From positions 146 to 64,145 of the IMG/VR virus record IMGVR_UViG_2926584956_000001: a stretch of DNA of 64,000 nucleotides. One strand, 5' to 3'. The position numbers and the translations under genes were made by a program. Below the pieces are notes generated by a model. The model worked only from the letters and a program-made list of their open reading frames with translations, did not search any database and was not told where the DNA came from. This DNA comes from a virus. Below, in pieces: positions 53,548-63,195 of the stretch (its first letter is position 1; every line of letters begins with the position of its first letter).

Positions 53548-56016
53548 CTACGTGCGTTTTTGACCCGGCCTTCGTATGATCGCGAACCGGTTGCCCTTCT
53601 TTCCCCTGGAGCCTGTCTTCTCGACGGGTCTGATCCGTCGATCGGCTATAAGCCGATCGAAGACCTCCCGGCGCTGCTGGAGGTTCATGCCACTGAAGTA
53701 CGGTCGTAGAGCGTCCCTGATCTTGTGCTCAGGCGCCCCCTCATCACCCTTCTTTTCCAGGTAGTGCACGACGGAGTCGCCGGCTCGCTCGGTCGCGTCC
53801 TTGCCGAGATTGTCGATGAACAGCTTCGCCATGCGATCGTGGTAGAAGAAGACGTAATCCCTCGCCCACTTCAGGTGCTCCAGCTCGATCTGGTCGCTTT
53901 CGCAGCTAATCGCGACGATCACGGCCACGCGCATCGCGATCTCGCGGGTGCGGGCATAGAGAGCATCCATGCCGCTTGCTTCCAACCGATCCATCCGCTC
54001 ATTGACCTCGTCATCCATCTCGTCGAGGAGTAGCTGACACTCATCACTGAACGGGATCACATTGGGCTCGGGCGCCGTGGTGGGGTCGTTCAGGAGCGTG
54101 AAGTCGATGTCGTCTTCTCCGTCCTCCCCAGGCGTGGCCCATGCGCGCTTACGCGCCCATTTAATCAGACGGTCAGAGACCCACTTCTCTGCCCTCACAA
54201 TCCGTCGGGTCTTTTGCCGTCCAATGGGACTCTCTACGATCAGGAACCGGTTCAGGAAGCCGTCCGCGACGTCGCCCTCGCCCAGCGCCTCGTAGAATTT
54301 TTGCGGCACGGACATTGTAACTAGGGACAAGGCTGGGCGGACGATCTTGTTGTTTTTCGACTGGGCGTCGCTCTGTTCCTTTGTCATCCCCCGGGAACTG
54401 TACGCAATCCCCTGGAATATCCCGTCCAGGCGGCCGAACGCCTCCATCAGTGCGCTCTGCATGTCGAGTTTGTTCGCGTTGCCGGAATTGCGGGCAGAGG
54501 CGAGGTAGCGACCAATCTCGTCCGACAAAGCGATGTGGCGCGGGTAATCTATTAGCTTGGAGAGCACACCGGCCTCGGAGGAGTAGGTCTTCGGGCCAAT
54601 CAGGCTGTCCAGGCGCGAAGCTTCGAGCAGCTTCTGGATGGTCGTCAGGATGTGCTCTTTGCCGCTGCCGGTCCGCCCAAGGCCCATCAGATAAAGACTG
54701 GTGAAGTTGTCTTGGTCCGATGACCAGTTGCGTCCCAGGACGACAGAGCCAAATCCGAGGGCGGCTTGGACGGCAAATTGAGGTTGGGGGCGATAGGCCG
54801 TGCGGTTGTAGTATTCGACGACGTCTTGAAGGGCGCCGGGGATACTCAGAAGACGCTCCGGGATGCCTTGCGCCAGGACCTTCCGAACGGCTTCGGCGTG
54901 GCGCTCGCCTGGGTCGGATGGCTTGGTCCGCGTGGAAGGTTTTTCAACGACAACGACCTCCTCCCCGGGCTCCACCTCATCGTCAAAAAGAGCAATGATC
55001 TCGTCATCGCTCAGCCGCGGGGCTCCGTCGTCCTCAACCGGCTCCGCCTCGGTCTCTTCGTCGTCGTCGTCGTCGTCGTCGTCATAGTCATCGTCATCAA
55101 ATGCGCCAATCAATCGCTGTTCTTCGGCGAACTTGACGATGGTCCGCATGGTGATCGGGTGGTGCGTGCTGCCTTTGAAGGACCGCCACTGGCCCTTCAT
55201 TTTGTCAGCCTCATATTTCTCGCTTCGCTTGGAGTAGTCGCACCACAGATCGAACGCTTCGGCTTCTAATTCCGGGTCGTCGCTGAACTCATGCTTCAGC
55301 GCCATCCCCAGGTTGCGCCATCCGTCGCGGTCCTCGCACCAATAGTTCGCGTCGAGGTCTTCGATATACGCCTCAGCCTCCTCGATCGTGAGGCCCAAAG
55401 GCTCAATGTCGGTTGAGTACGGGTCGTAGTCGTCGCCGTAGATCAGATCCGCGATCCGGTCGGCATCGATCTCGGGCAGTCCGTCGATCTCGTCGAACTC
55501 GACCAACCAGCGGTATTTTTTTTCGGTCACCGGGTGGATGCTTGGCGGCAGCGCGACCTGCTTGCCGGTGCCGAACAGCTCGATTTCCCACTCGCGGTGC
55601 TTCTTCCCCTCGCGATCGACGAAGGTGTCCTTGCTCTTGGCCAGCTTTTTGGACGGGAAGGGCTCTGTGGTGCCGAAATAGAAATGCCGCGACGCGCCGC
55701 CCGATCCGGATTTGACCGTCGGCAGCTCGTCCAGGTCTACGCCTGGGAACAGGTCGTGCAGCGCCGCATACGCGTCGTCCTCGGCCTCATCAACACGGAT
55801 ATCCATGTCGATGACGTGCAGATAGAGCCCGTCGACCAACGACGGCTCGCCGAGGCGGACGCCGATGTTATGGCCTTCTTTGTAGCGCCGGCAGAACTGG
55901 TCGTAGGACAGACGGGGAGCCTTGGACCAGTTCTCATTGACTGGTGCCTTGGACTTCTTCCGCAGCAGATGAACAGCAAAGCCGGCCCGAATAAGACGCT
56001 TCGCGTCCTTAATCAT
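53548..56016 (-). CDS. Primase: Prim-Pol + PriCT-2 + DUF3987 ATPase
   Basis: 'NIGVRLG..VIDMD', 'SGSGGASRHFYF', 'QVALPPSIHP', 'RDGWRNLGMALK..DLWCDYSKRS', Walker A 'GRTGSGKE', 'DEIG', 'DGFLNRFL'. Confidence 0.88.
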   Translation of the reverse strand: MIKDAKRLIRAGFAVHLLRKKSKAPVNENWSKAPRLSYDQFCRRYKEGHNIGVRLGEPSLVDGLYLHVIDMDIRVDEAEDDAYAALHDLFPGVDLDELPTVKSGSGGASRHFYFGTTEPFPSKKLAKSKDTFVDREGKKHREWEIELFGTGKQVALPPSIHPVTEKKYRWLVEFDEIDGLPEIDADRIADLIYGDDYDPYSTDIEPLGLTIEEAEAYIEDLDANYWCEDRDGWRNLGMALKHEFSDDPELEAEAFDLWCDYSKRSEKYEADKMKGQWRSFKGSTHHPITMRTIVKFAEEQRLIGAFDDDDYDDDDDDDDEETEAEPVEDDGAPRLSDDEIIALFDDEVEPGEEVVVVEKPSTRTKPSDPGERHAEAVRKVLAQGIPERLLSIPGALQDVVEYYNRTAYRPQPQFAVQAALGFGSVVLGRNWSSDQDNFTSLYLMGLGRTGSGKEHILTTIQKLLEASRLDSLIGPKTYSSEAGVLSKLIDYPRHIALSDEIGRYLASARNSGNANKLDMQSALMEAFGRLDGIFQGIAYSSRGMTKEQSDAQSKNNKIVRPALSLVTMSVPQKFYEALGEGDVADGFLNRFLIVESPIGRQKTRRIVRAEKWVSDRLIKWARKRAWATPGEDGEDDIDFTLLNDPTTAPEPNVIPFSDECQLLLDEMDDEVNERMDRLEASGMDALYARTREIAMRVAVIVAISCESDQIELEHLKWARDYVFFYHDRMAKLFIDNLGKDATERAGDSVVHYLEKKGDEGAPEHKIRDALRPYFSGMNLQQRREVFDRLIADRRIRPVEKTGSRGKKGNRFAIIRRPGQKRT

Positions 56017-56030
56017 CGGGCGTGGCCTGC

Positions 56031-56525
56031 CTATTCGGTGCGGACGTAGGGGGCGAGCTTTTCAGGGGTCAGAGTGGAGCCCGGCAGGTTGCAGAGCGGC
56101 GTCACGTAGTGGCCGAAGATGCGGTTGCGGCGGAACGCCTTGCGCAGCGTCTCCGCGTGATAGCCGAGAGCCCCGGCGACCGCGGCCACGCGAATCGAGC
56201 CCTTGCGGTGGCGGCTGATGTGCTCCGGCAGGTTCTCGGTCAGGACATCCACAAGCCGGGGAACGTAGTCCGGGCCGTCCATGACGTAGGGCGCCAGGAC
56301 CGCCTCGGTGAGTGTGGAGTCGCGCAGCGCCAGAAGGGCGGGGACATCACGGCTCAGCAGTTGACTTGTGTCGACGATCCGAAGCACATTTGCCGTGCTT
56401 ACCTGCATATCTCGTGCGACGGCCTCTTCGTCGAGGCGTCCCTTCTCCACGTAGTGCGGGAGGTTGCGGACCAGCACAACGGCCAGGGCTTCCGGCGCAC
56501 TACCCAGCCTCGTCAACGTCTTCAT
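56031..56525 (-). CDS. Hypothetical protein, possible HTH (Cro-like position)
   Basis: C-term 'IRVAAVAGALGYHAETLRKAFRRNRI'; divergent from the replication operon. Confidence 0.5.
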   Translation of the reverse strand: MKTLTRLGSAPEALAVVLVRNLPHYVEKGRLDEEAVARDMQVSTANVLRIVDTSQLLSRDVPALLALRDSTLTEAVLAPYVMDGPDYVPRLVDVLTENLPEHISRHRKGSIRVAAVAGALGYHAETLRKAFRRNRIFGHYVTPLCNLPGSTLTPEKLAPYVRTE

Positions 56526-56568
56526 CGTCGGTCTCCGAAAAAAATAATCACTCTCCCCTTTCCAATTT

Positions 56569-56581
56569 CACTTATTAAGTG
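56569..56581. promoter_or_regulatory. Palindromic operator-like motif CACTTATTAAGTG at the divergent junction
   Basis: Between leftward primase operon and rightward replication operon. Confidence 0.6.
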
Positions 56582-56640
56582 ATATGTCAATGTCCATCGA
56601 CCGAACACCGGACATCGACCCACTGAAACGGAGAACGGAA

Positions 56641-57093
56641 ATGAGCCTCGAAGAAGCCCTGCGCGAACACACCGAAGCCCTGCGCGAAAACACCGAAATG
56701 CTGCGGACCATCACCGCGAAGGCCAAGGACGGCATGGCCGCTCAGGGCACCTCGAAGAAGAGCAGCGGCTCGGACGGTGACGGTGACGCCGCGGAGGCCC
56801 CGAAGCGTGGCCGCGGTCGCCCGGCTGGTAGCCGGAACAGCTCCACCAAGAGCACCAAGGCGCCGACCGAAACCGAGATGAAGACCAAGGCGAAGGACTT
56901 CCTGGAGGCCGCCGAGAGCGACGCCGACCACCTCGCCCGCCGCGAAGCGGTGAAGAAGATCGCCGAGGAGTACGAGGCCGACAAGTTCTCCGCGATCGAC
57001 GAAGCCTACCGCCGTCAGGCCCTCGACACCCTCGAAAGCACCGCCAAGAAGTGGACGCCGGTCGAGGACGGCGAGGACGACGACGACGTCTGA
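56641..57093 (+). CDS. Hypothetical charged protein with AT-hook-like 'KRGRGRP'
   Basis: Host-like codon usage; start uncertain (56584 or 56641). Confidence 0.65.
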   Translation: MSLEEALREHTEALRENTEMLRTITAKAKDGMAAQGTSKKSSGSDGDGDAAEAPKRGRGRPAGSRNSSTKSTKAPTETEMKTKAKDFLEAAESDADHLARREAVKKIAEEYEADKFSAIDEAYRRQALDTLESTAKKWTPVEDGEDDDDV

Positions 57094-57225
57094 TCGTCAG
57101 CCCGGGGCCCTCTGGTTTCCCCAGAGGGTCTTCCGGCGAAGGGCACGCCGGGCGGTCCCCAGCCCCGACCCTCCCAGCCATCTGGCGATGCCCTTCACCA
57201 GAAGACCTTCGATCAGGCGACCTAA

Positions 57226-58395
57226 ATGGCGGAAAAGCCTCACGCCCGTCTTGCCCCCTCGTCAGCCTCCATTTGGGGGCATTGCGCGCTCGCGCCGAAC
57301 ATGGAGGAGGAGCACGGCTACGACGATCGGACGGAGGCGAATTCCGAAGGCGACGTCTTCCACGACATCATGGAGAAGTGCCTCGTCAAGGAGCGGGACC
57401 CCTACTCCTTCGTCGGAAAGACCTTCACCCGCGGCGAGTTCGAGATCGAGATCGACGAGGCCGCCGCCGAGATGATCGCCGAAGGCATCGACCGGGTCGA
57501 AGACATCCCCGGTAAGCTCTTCGTCGAGAAGCGCGTGAAGCTCGATCGTTGGATGCCAGGGCAATTCGGCACGCTGGACATCGGCATCATCGGGCGCCGC
57601 CGCATCACGATCTGGGACAACAAATTCGGGCGTGTGCCTGTTTCTCCGGTCATGAACTTCCAGCTCCAGCTCTACGCGCTTGGGTTCTGGGACCAGATCG
57701 CCCGGCACATGACGTCCGTCACCGACTTCCGGCTCATCGTCTGGCAGCCTCGTGTGCCGAATGGGGGTGGGATCTGGGATACGACCCTCGAAGACCTGCT
57801 TGAGTTCGGTGTGCAGATGAAGTTTGCCGCCGAGGCGACCGAGGCGCGTAACCCGAAGGCGACGCCAGGGCCTTGGTGCCTCTACTGCCCGGGCGCAAAG
57901 GCTCGGAAGTGTGAAGCGCATGATGAGCACATGCTCCGCACGATTATCGATGACTTCGACAATCTGGACCACGACGTCGCGCACGACCTTCCGCCGAAGC
58001 CGTTCCACCTGATGCCGCCGGAGCAGCGGCGCTACTTGCTTGAGAACAAGCCCCTCATTGACCGGTGGTTTCAGCGCCTCGAAGCCGAGGCGATGGAAGA
58101 TGCGCGCATGGGACGGCCGACCCCTGGCCAAAAGTTGGTCGAGGGGCGGCGCCCGCCGAGGAAATGGCGCGCGCAAGAGCGAGCCCAGAAACGCCTCGTT
58201 CGTCTCCTGGGCGAAGACGATGCCTTTACACGGAAACTAAAGAGCCCTGCCCAGGTCGAGAAGGAGCTTCCTCCGCGGATCTGGGAGCGCTTGTCAGACG
58301 AGATCGAGACCGGCGAACCCAAGCCGACCCTGGTCCCGGAACACGACTCCCGCCCAGCAATCACGCCGCTCATCGACCTTTTTGACGATGAATAG
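57226..58395 (+). CDS. DUF2800 PD-(D/E)xK (Cas4-like) exonuclease
   Basis: 'HARLAPSSA..C', 'EKRV', 'FGTLD', 'IWDNKFG', 'QLQLYALG', 'CLYCP..C'. Confidence 0.88.
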   Translation: MAEKPHARLAPSSASIWGHCALAPNMEEEHGYDDRTEANSEGDVFHDIMEKCLVKERDPYSFVGKTFTRGEFEIEIDEAAAEMIAEGIDRVEDIPGKLFVEKRVKLDRWMPGQFGTLDIGIIGRRRITIWDNKFGRVPVSPVMNFQLQLYALGFWDQIARHMTSVTDFRLIVWQPRVPNGGGIWDTTLEDLLEFGVQMKFAAEATEARNPKATPGPWCLYCPGAKARKCEAHDEHMLRTIIDDFDNLDHDVAHDLPPKPFHLMPPEQRRYLLENKPLIDRWFQRLEAEAMEDARMGRPTPGQKLVEGRRPPRKWRAQERAQKRLVRLLGEDDAFTRKLKSPAQVEKELPPRIWERLSDEIETGEPKPTLVPEHDSRPAITPLIDLFDDE

Positions 58396-58419
58396 CACTT
58401 TAAAGTGGAGATGCACGAT

Positions 58420-59253
58420 ATGAGTGATCGAAAGAAAAATGACCCCTGCCGCGTCCAGCTCAAGGACGTCCGTCTGTCGTTCGCCCACCTCTTCCGAGCC
58501 CAGGCGTTTGGCGACGGCGAGGGCGAGCCCAAGTTCAACGCGAACTTCCTGATCGACCCCGAGACGAAATCGGGGCAGCGGAACCTGGATCTGGTCGAGG
58601 CCGCGATGGATGAGGCCAAGGCGATAAAGTGGCCCAAAGGCCCGCCGAAGCTGAAGGAGGACAAGCTCTGCCTCCGCGACGGCAGTGACACCGAATATGA
58701 TGGCTACGAAGGCATGATGTTTGTCTCGGCCAACAACGCCAAGAAGCCCCTGACCCTCGATCGGGACAAGGTGGAGGTCGTCGAGGCCGACAACGTCCTC
58801 TACTCGGGCTGCTACGTGGACGCCATCATCCGTGTCTGGGGGCAGGACAACAAATGGGGCAAACGGGTCAACGCCAGCCTGGAGGCCGTTCGGTTCCGTC
58901 GCGACGGCGACGCCTTCGGCGCCGCTCCGCCCGACCCGGATGAATTCGACGACATCGACGACGATGAGGATGACGGCAAGTCGACCCGGCGTCGTTCCCG
59001 CGCTGATGACGACGAGGAGGATGAAAAGCCCCGCCGTCGCCGCCGCTCCAAGGACGACGATGACGACGAGAAGCCCCGTTCCCGTTCCCGTCGCCGGTCC
59101 CGAGACGATGACGAGGATGATGACGAGGATGAGAAGCCCCGTTCCCGTCGCCGATCCCGGGATGATGACGATGACGATGATGACGTCGACCGCCCATCCC
59201 GGAACAGTCGCAGCCGCCGTCGCAGCCGCGACGACGATGACGACGACATCTGA
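58420..59253 (+). CDS. DUF2815 ssDNA-binding protein with long Arg/Asp low-complexity tail
   Basis: 'VRLSFAHLF', 'CLRDG', 'YSGCYVDA', 'GKRVNASLEAVRFRRDGDAFG'; C-term RRRSRDDDD repeats. Confidence 0.88.
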   Translation: MSDRKKNDPCRVQLKDVRLSFAHLFRAQAFGDGEGEPKFNANFLIDPETKSGQRNLDLVEAAMDEAKAIKWPKGPPKLKEDKLCLRDGSDTEYDGYEGMMFVSANNAKKPLTLDRDKVEVVEADNVLYSGCYVDAIIRVWGQDNKWGKRVNASLEAVRFRRDGDAFGAAPPDPDEFDDIDDDEDDGKSTRRRSRADDDEEDEKPRRRRRSKDDDDDEKPRSRSRRRSRDDDEDDDEDEKPRSRRRSRDDDDDDDDVDRPSRNSRSRRRSRDDDDDDI

Positions 59254-59306
59254 TTGAAGATGCGCGAGCGGGCTCCCAGGTGACCTGGGAGCCCGACGCA
59301 GTTCTG

Positions 59307-61292
59307 ATGATGATTCCCTATACCCTCGATCGCGAAGTCGAGTTCATCGACACCGAGACCTACCCCAACTACTTCCTCTTTGCCGCCAAGAGGAAGAGTG
59401 ACGGCCGCGTCTGGTCGGTCGAGACGACCAGCCGATTGTCCCAGGAAGACCGCCGCCGACTGCGCCGCTTCGTCAGTAAGAAACGCACCGTCGGCTTCAA
59501 TTCCCGCAATTTCGACATGCTCCTCATCGCCGCGGCGATCGACGGTAGATCGGTCGCCGAGATCAAGCGGCTTGCCGACGCCGTCATCGTCGAGAAAATG
59601 CGCCCCTGGGAGGTCGAAGAGGCGTTCGAGATCCAGTGCCCCAAGCGGATTGATCACATTGACCTCATTGAGGTCGCGCCGGGCCAAGCCAGCCTGAAAA
59701 TCTACAACGGCCGCCTGCACGGGAAACGGATGCAGGATCTGCCCTACGACCCCGGCAAAACACTCTCAGACGAAGAAATTGAAGAGACCTACACCTATTG
59801 CGTGAACGACCTGGACGCCACCGGGCTCCTTTTCGACAGCCTACCTCAGCAGCTCGCTCTGCGCGCCCGGATGAGCGAGGAATATGGGACAGACCTCCGC
59901 TCGAAGTCAGATGCCCAGATCGCTGAGACAGTGATCCGATCGCAGGTCGAAAAGCGCCTTGGTAAGCGGCTCCAGAAACCGAGGTTTCGCACTGGCTTGT
60001 CGTTCCGCTATCGCGTTCCGAGCTTCATCAAGTTCAAGCATCCGGAGCTACGCTCGGTCCTGCGGCTGATCAAGGAAAGTAACTTCCGCCTCTCTCCGGG
60101 TGGCAAGGTCGTGCTCCCGGACGCGCTCAAGGCAGCCAGGATCTCGATCGGTGACAGCGTCTATCGGATGGGCATCGGTGGGCTTCATAGCTCTGAGGAG
60201 CGAGTTTCGCACCTTGCGGACGCGGACCACATCCTCGTCGACCGCGATGTGACCTCCTACTACCCCTACATCATCATGAACCTGGACCTCGCGCCCCAGC
60301 AGATGGGCTTGGCGTTCATGGGGGTCTATCGGGGGATCGTAAACAAACGCCTCAAAGCGAAGAAGGCCGCGGGGGCTCTGAAGGCCGAGATCAAGGCCGA
60401 AGAGAAGGCAAACCCGGAGGGTTTGAGTCGTCTCAGTGAACTCAAGAGCCGCCTCGATACGGAAACGGCCACCTCGGACACTCTGAAGATCGTCATCAAC
60501 GGGAGCTTTGGAAAATTCGGCTCCCAGTTCTCGGTCCTTTTCGCCCCAGACCTCCTCATCCAGACGACGGTCACCGGCCAGCTTTCCCTCCTGATGCTGA
60601 TCGAGCGCCTGGAGGGGGAGGGCGTACCCGTTGTCAGCGCGAACACGGACGGCATCGTCATCCGTTGCCCAAAGTCCGACGTGGACCTGATGAATGACAT
60701 CGTCCGGGAGTGGGAAGAGGACACCGGCTTCGGGACCGAAGAGACGCCATATTCCGCGCTCTACTCGGCCAATGTGAACAATTACATCGCCGTTAAGCCG
60801 GACGGGGATGGGGTGAAGACCAAAGGGTACTACGCCAAAGCTGGTATCGCGAAGAACCCCGAGAACGAGATCTGCATCGACGCTGTGGTCAAATACATCA
60901 CCGAAGGGGTTCCGGTCTCCAAGACGATCCGCTCGTGCCAGGACGTCCGAAAGTTCCTTACGGTTCGCACTGTGAACGGCGGCGCCGTTTGGAACGTCCG
61001 CGAAACCGAAGTGCCCCGGTACGGAAAAAACGGTCGGGTCCTGAAACCCGGCGTCGCATTCGACACCTCCGACGCCGAATACCTCGGAAAAGCAATCCGA
61101 TGGTATTACTCCACCTCCGTTGAGGGATGCATCCATTATAAGACGAACAGCAATCGTGTCCCGAGAACACAGGGCGCCCGCCCTCTAATGGAAATACCCG
61201 ACCGACTTCCAGATGACCTCGACTACAACTGGTACATCCGGGAAGCTCGATCGATCTTAGAGCAGATCAACTTCTTTGAGCCTGTCGTATAA
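59307..61292 (+). CDS. DNA polymerase, family B-like with 3'-5' exonuclease
   Basis: Exo 'DTETY', 'GFNSRNFD', 'YCVNDLDAT'; pol 'DVTSYYP', 'KIVINGSFGK', 'ANTDG'. Confidence 0.9.
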   Translation: MMIPYTLDREVEFIDTETYPNYFLFAAKRKSDGRVWSVETTSRLSQEDRRRLRRFVSKKRTVGFNSRNFDMLLIAAAIDGRSVAEIKRLADAVIVEKMRPWEVEEAFEIQCPKRIDHIDLIEVAPGQASLKIYNGRLHGKRMQDLPYDPGKTLSDEEIEETYTYCVNDLDATGLLFDSLPQQLALRARMSEEYGTDLRSKSDAQIAETVIRSQVEKRLGKRLQKPRFRTGLSFRYRVPSFIKFKHPELRSVLRLIKESNFRLSPGGKVVLPDALKAARISIGDSVYRMGIGGLHSSEERVSHLADADHILVDRDVTSYYPYIIMNLDLAPQQMGLAFMGVYRGIVNKRLKAKKAAGALKAEIKAEEKANPEGLSRLSELKSRLDTETATSDTLKIVINGSFGKFGSQFSVLFAPDLLIQTTVTGQLSLLMLIERLEGEGVPVVSANTDGIVIRCPKSDVDLMNDIVREWEEDTGFGTEETPYSALYSANVNNYIAVKPDGDGVKTKGYYAKAGIAKNPENEICIDAVVKYITEGVPVSKTIRSCQDVRKFLTVRTVNGGAVWNVRETEVPRYGKNGRVLKPGVAFDTSDAEYLGKAIRWYYSTSVEGCIHYKTNSNRVPRTQGARPLMEIPDRLPDDLDYNWYIREARSILEQINFFEPVV

Positions 61293-61314
61293 ATTACACT
61301 TCTAAGGGGTTATT

Positions 61315-61614
61315 ATGCTCGAAAGCTACATCGAAAGAGCGGTTTGCAGACACGCACAGTCAACCGGTTGGATCGTCCGAAAGCTACAGTGGGCAGGTCG
61401 CATCTCCGGGCCGGATCGCTTCTTTGCCAAAGCCGGTCGAGTGGTTCTGATCGAATTCAAGCAGACCGGAAAGCGACCCAATAAAGCCCAGGCGCGCGAG
61501 ATCCATCGCCTCAAGAGCCACGGCGTTGAGGTCCACGCCGTCGATACGATTGAGGACGGTATCCGTATCCTGGGCGGCAAGCACCCCGCCCGATCGGACG
61601 CCGACATCATATGA
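61315..61614 (+). CDS. VRR-NUC domain nuclease
   Basis: 'LESYIE', 'SGPDRFF', 'LIEFKQ..Q'. Confidence 0.88.
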   Translation: MLESYIERAVCRHAQSTGWIVRKLQWAGRISGPDRFFAKAGRVVLIEFKQTGKRPNKAQAREIHRLKSHGVEVHAVDTIEDGIRILGGKHPARSDADII

Positions 61615-63110
61615 AGGCGCCGCGGAAGCGATCGGACCTCCTGCGTCCTCAGATCCGCTTCGTCAACAAGGTGAAGCGCCTACGGACGATCATCCTGGCG
61701 CTCCCGATGGGGGCTGGGAAGACCGTCATCGTTCTGACCGCCCTCCTTGACCTCCTCGACGATCGGAAAGTCAACAAGGTCCTGGTCGTTGCGCCGCTCC
61801 TGGTCGCATCGGCCACATGGCCCGACGAGTTCGAGGAATGGGAGCATCTGCGGGACCTCACCTGGACACTGGTCCGGGCCGAGGACGACGACGATGACAT
61901 CGCAGACGCGCGCCGGGATGACTACCAGTTCGCAAGGGACGCTCTGGATCTCCCGATTGATCAAGCGGCCGCCTACGCCCAGCGCATGAGTACGCGCCGC
62001 AAGGAGTGGAAGCGTCGCCGCCTCATCCGCCGGGACACCGAGATCCACATCATCAATCGCGAAATGCTCCCGTGGGTCTGGGAGTATTTCGGACGCGGAA
62101 AGCGTTGGCCCTACGACGTACTCGTCGTCGACGAAGCGTCGATGTTCAAAAACGCGAAAATGAAGACCAAGCTCAAGCGGCTGACCCGCTTCGGCGTCGC
62201 CGTGAAGGCCCGGCCATTCATCTCGCGCTGCATCCTGTTGACCGGCACCCCCGCCCCGAAGGGCATCATGAACCTCTGGGGGCTGGCTAAGGTCGCTGAT
62301 GGCGGGAAGCGCCTCGGCCGCAGCATGAAGGCGTTCAAAGACCGATGGTTCAACCAGGGTTACATGCGCTGGGAGATCGAGCCGAAGGATGGTGCGGAAG
62401 AAGACATCATGGCCCGCCTGGGGGACATCATGTTCTCCCTGCGCGAGGAGGACGTCGTTCAGCTCCCCCCGCGGATCGACCAGACGGTGAAAGTGACTTT
62501 ACCCCGAAAGGTTCTCCAGGAGTACAAGCGCTTCGAACGCGAGCTGGTCTCGGAGGTCTATGACGTAGAGGCGGTGAACCGCGGCGTTCTACACAACAAG
62601 CTCCTCCAGTTCGCAAACGGCAGCATGTATCAGGAGGACGGCAAGGACGTCTGGATTCATGACAAGAAGCTAGAAGCCCTCGAAGCACTCATTGAAGACG
62701 CCAATGGCGCTCCTGTTCTGGTCGCCTACTCGTTCAAATTTGACCTCATGCGCATCCGCAAAGCCTTCAAAAGGGCCGTTGTATTTGGTGAGGGCGACGT
62801 TAGGAAGACGAAGACTCGTTGGAATAATGGTGATATTGGATTGATGCTTGCTCACGCGGCCTCCGTCGGCCATGGGCAAAATATTCAATACGGAGGTAGT
62901 ATTTCGGTATGGTACGGGCTCACGCCCGACCTCGAATTATACCAGCAATTCAACAAGCGACTTCATCGGCGGGGTCAGAGAGACACGGTTTTCAATTATC
63001 ACATCGTCGCCGAGGGAACCTACGACGAGAAAATCTTACCACTCCTGTCCGAACGCGGGGCGACGCAGGACCGCATCCTCAACTCGGTGCGGCTTCATCT
63101 TACAAATTAA
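61611..63110 (+). CDS. SNF2-like DEAD/H helicase
   Basis: 'PMGAGKT', 'VVDEAS', 'LLTGTP', 'GHGQNIQ', 'QFNKRLHRRGQ'. Confidence 0.92.
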   Translation: MKAPRKRSDLLRPQIRFVNKVKRLRTIILALPMGAGKTVIVLTALLDLLDDRKVNKVLVVAPLLVASATWPDEFEEWEHLRDLTWTLVRAEDDDDDIADARRDDYQFARDALDLPIDQAAAYAQRMSTRRKEWKRRRLIRRDTEIHIINREMLPWVWEYFGRGKRWPYDVLVVDEASMFKNAKMKTKLKRLTRFGVAVKARPFISRCILLTGTPAPKGIMNLWGLAKVADGGKRLGRSMKAFKDRWFNQGYMRWEIEPKDGAEEDIMARLGDIMFSLREEDVVQLPPRIDQTVKVTLPRKVLQEYKRFERELVSEVYDVEAVNRGVLHNKLLQFANGSMYQEDGKDVWIHDKKLEALEALIEDANGAPVLVAYSFKFDLMRIRKAFKRAVVFGEGDVRKTKTRWNNGDIGLMLAHAASVGHGQNIQYGGSISVWYGLTPDLELYQQFNKRLHRRGQRDTVFNYHIVAEGTYDEKILPLLSERGATQDRILNSVRLHLTN

Positions 63111-63195
63111 AAGTGCCGAATCACTTTCGAAATTGACACTTATCTCCGCATGGCTTATGTCAAGCACATAATTTGGCGTGAGAGAGTGTTCAACG

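Noticed and set aside
57226-58395. Cas4-like nuclease as CRISPR adaptation or anti-CRISPR system
   Set aside because: DUF2800 beside DUF2815 and the polymerase is the standard replication/recombination module of these phages
60048-61136. Long antisense ORFs (also 6621-7616, 36830-37918, 44496-45434, 22977-23168 extension)
   Set aside because: Shadow ORFs of GC-rich genes with clear motifs on the other strand or frame; no recognisable motifs of their own
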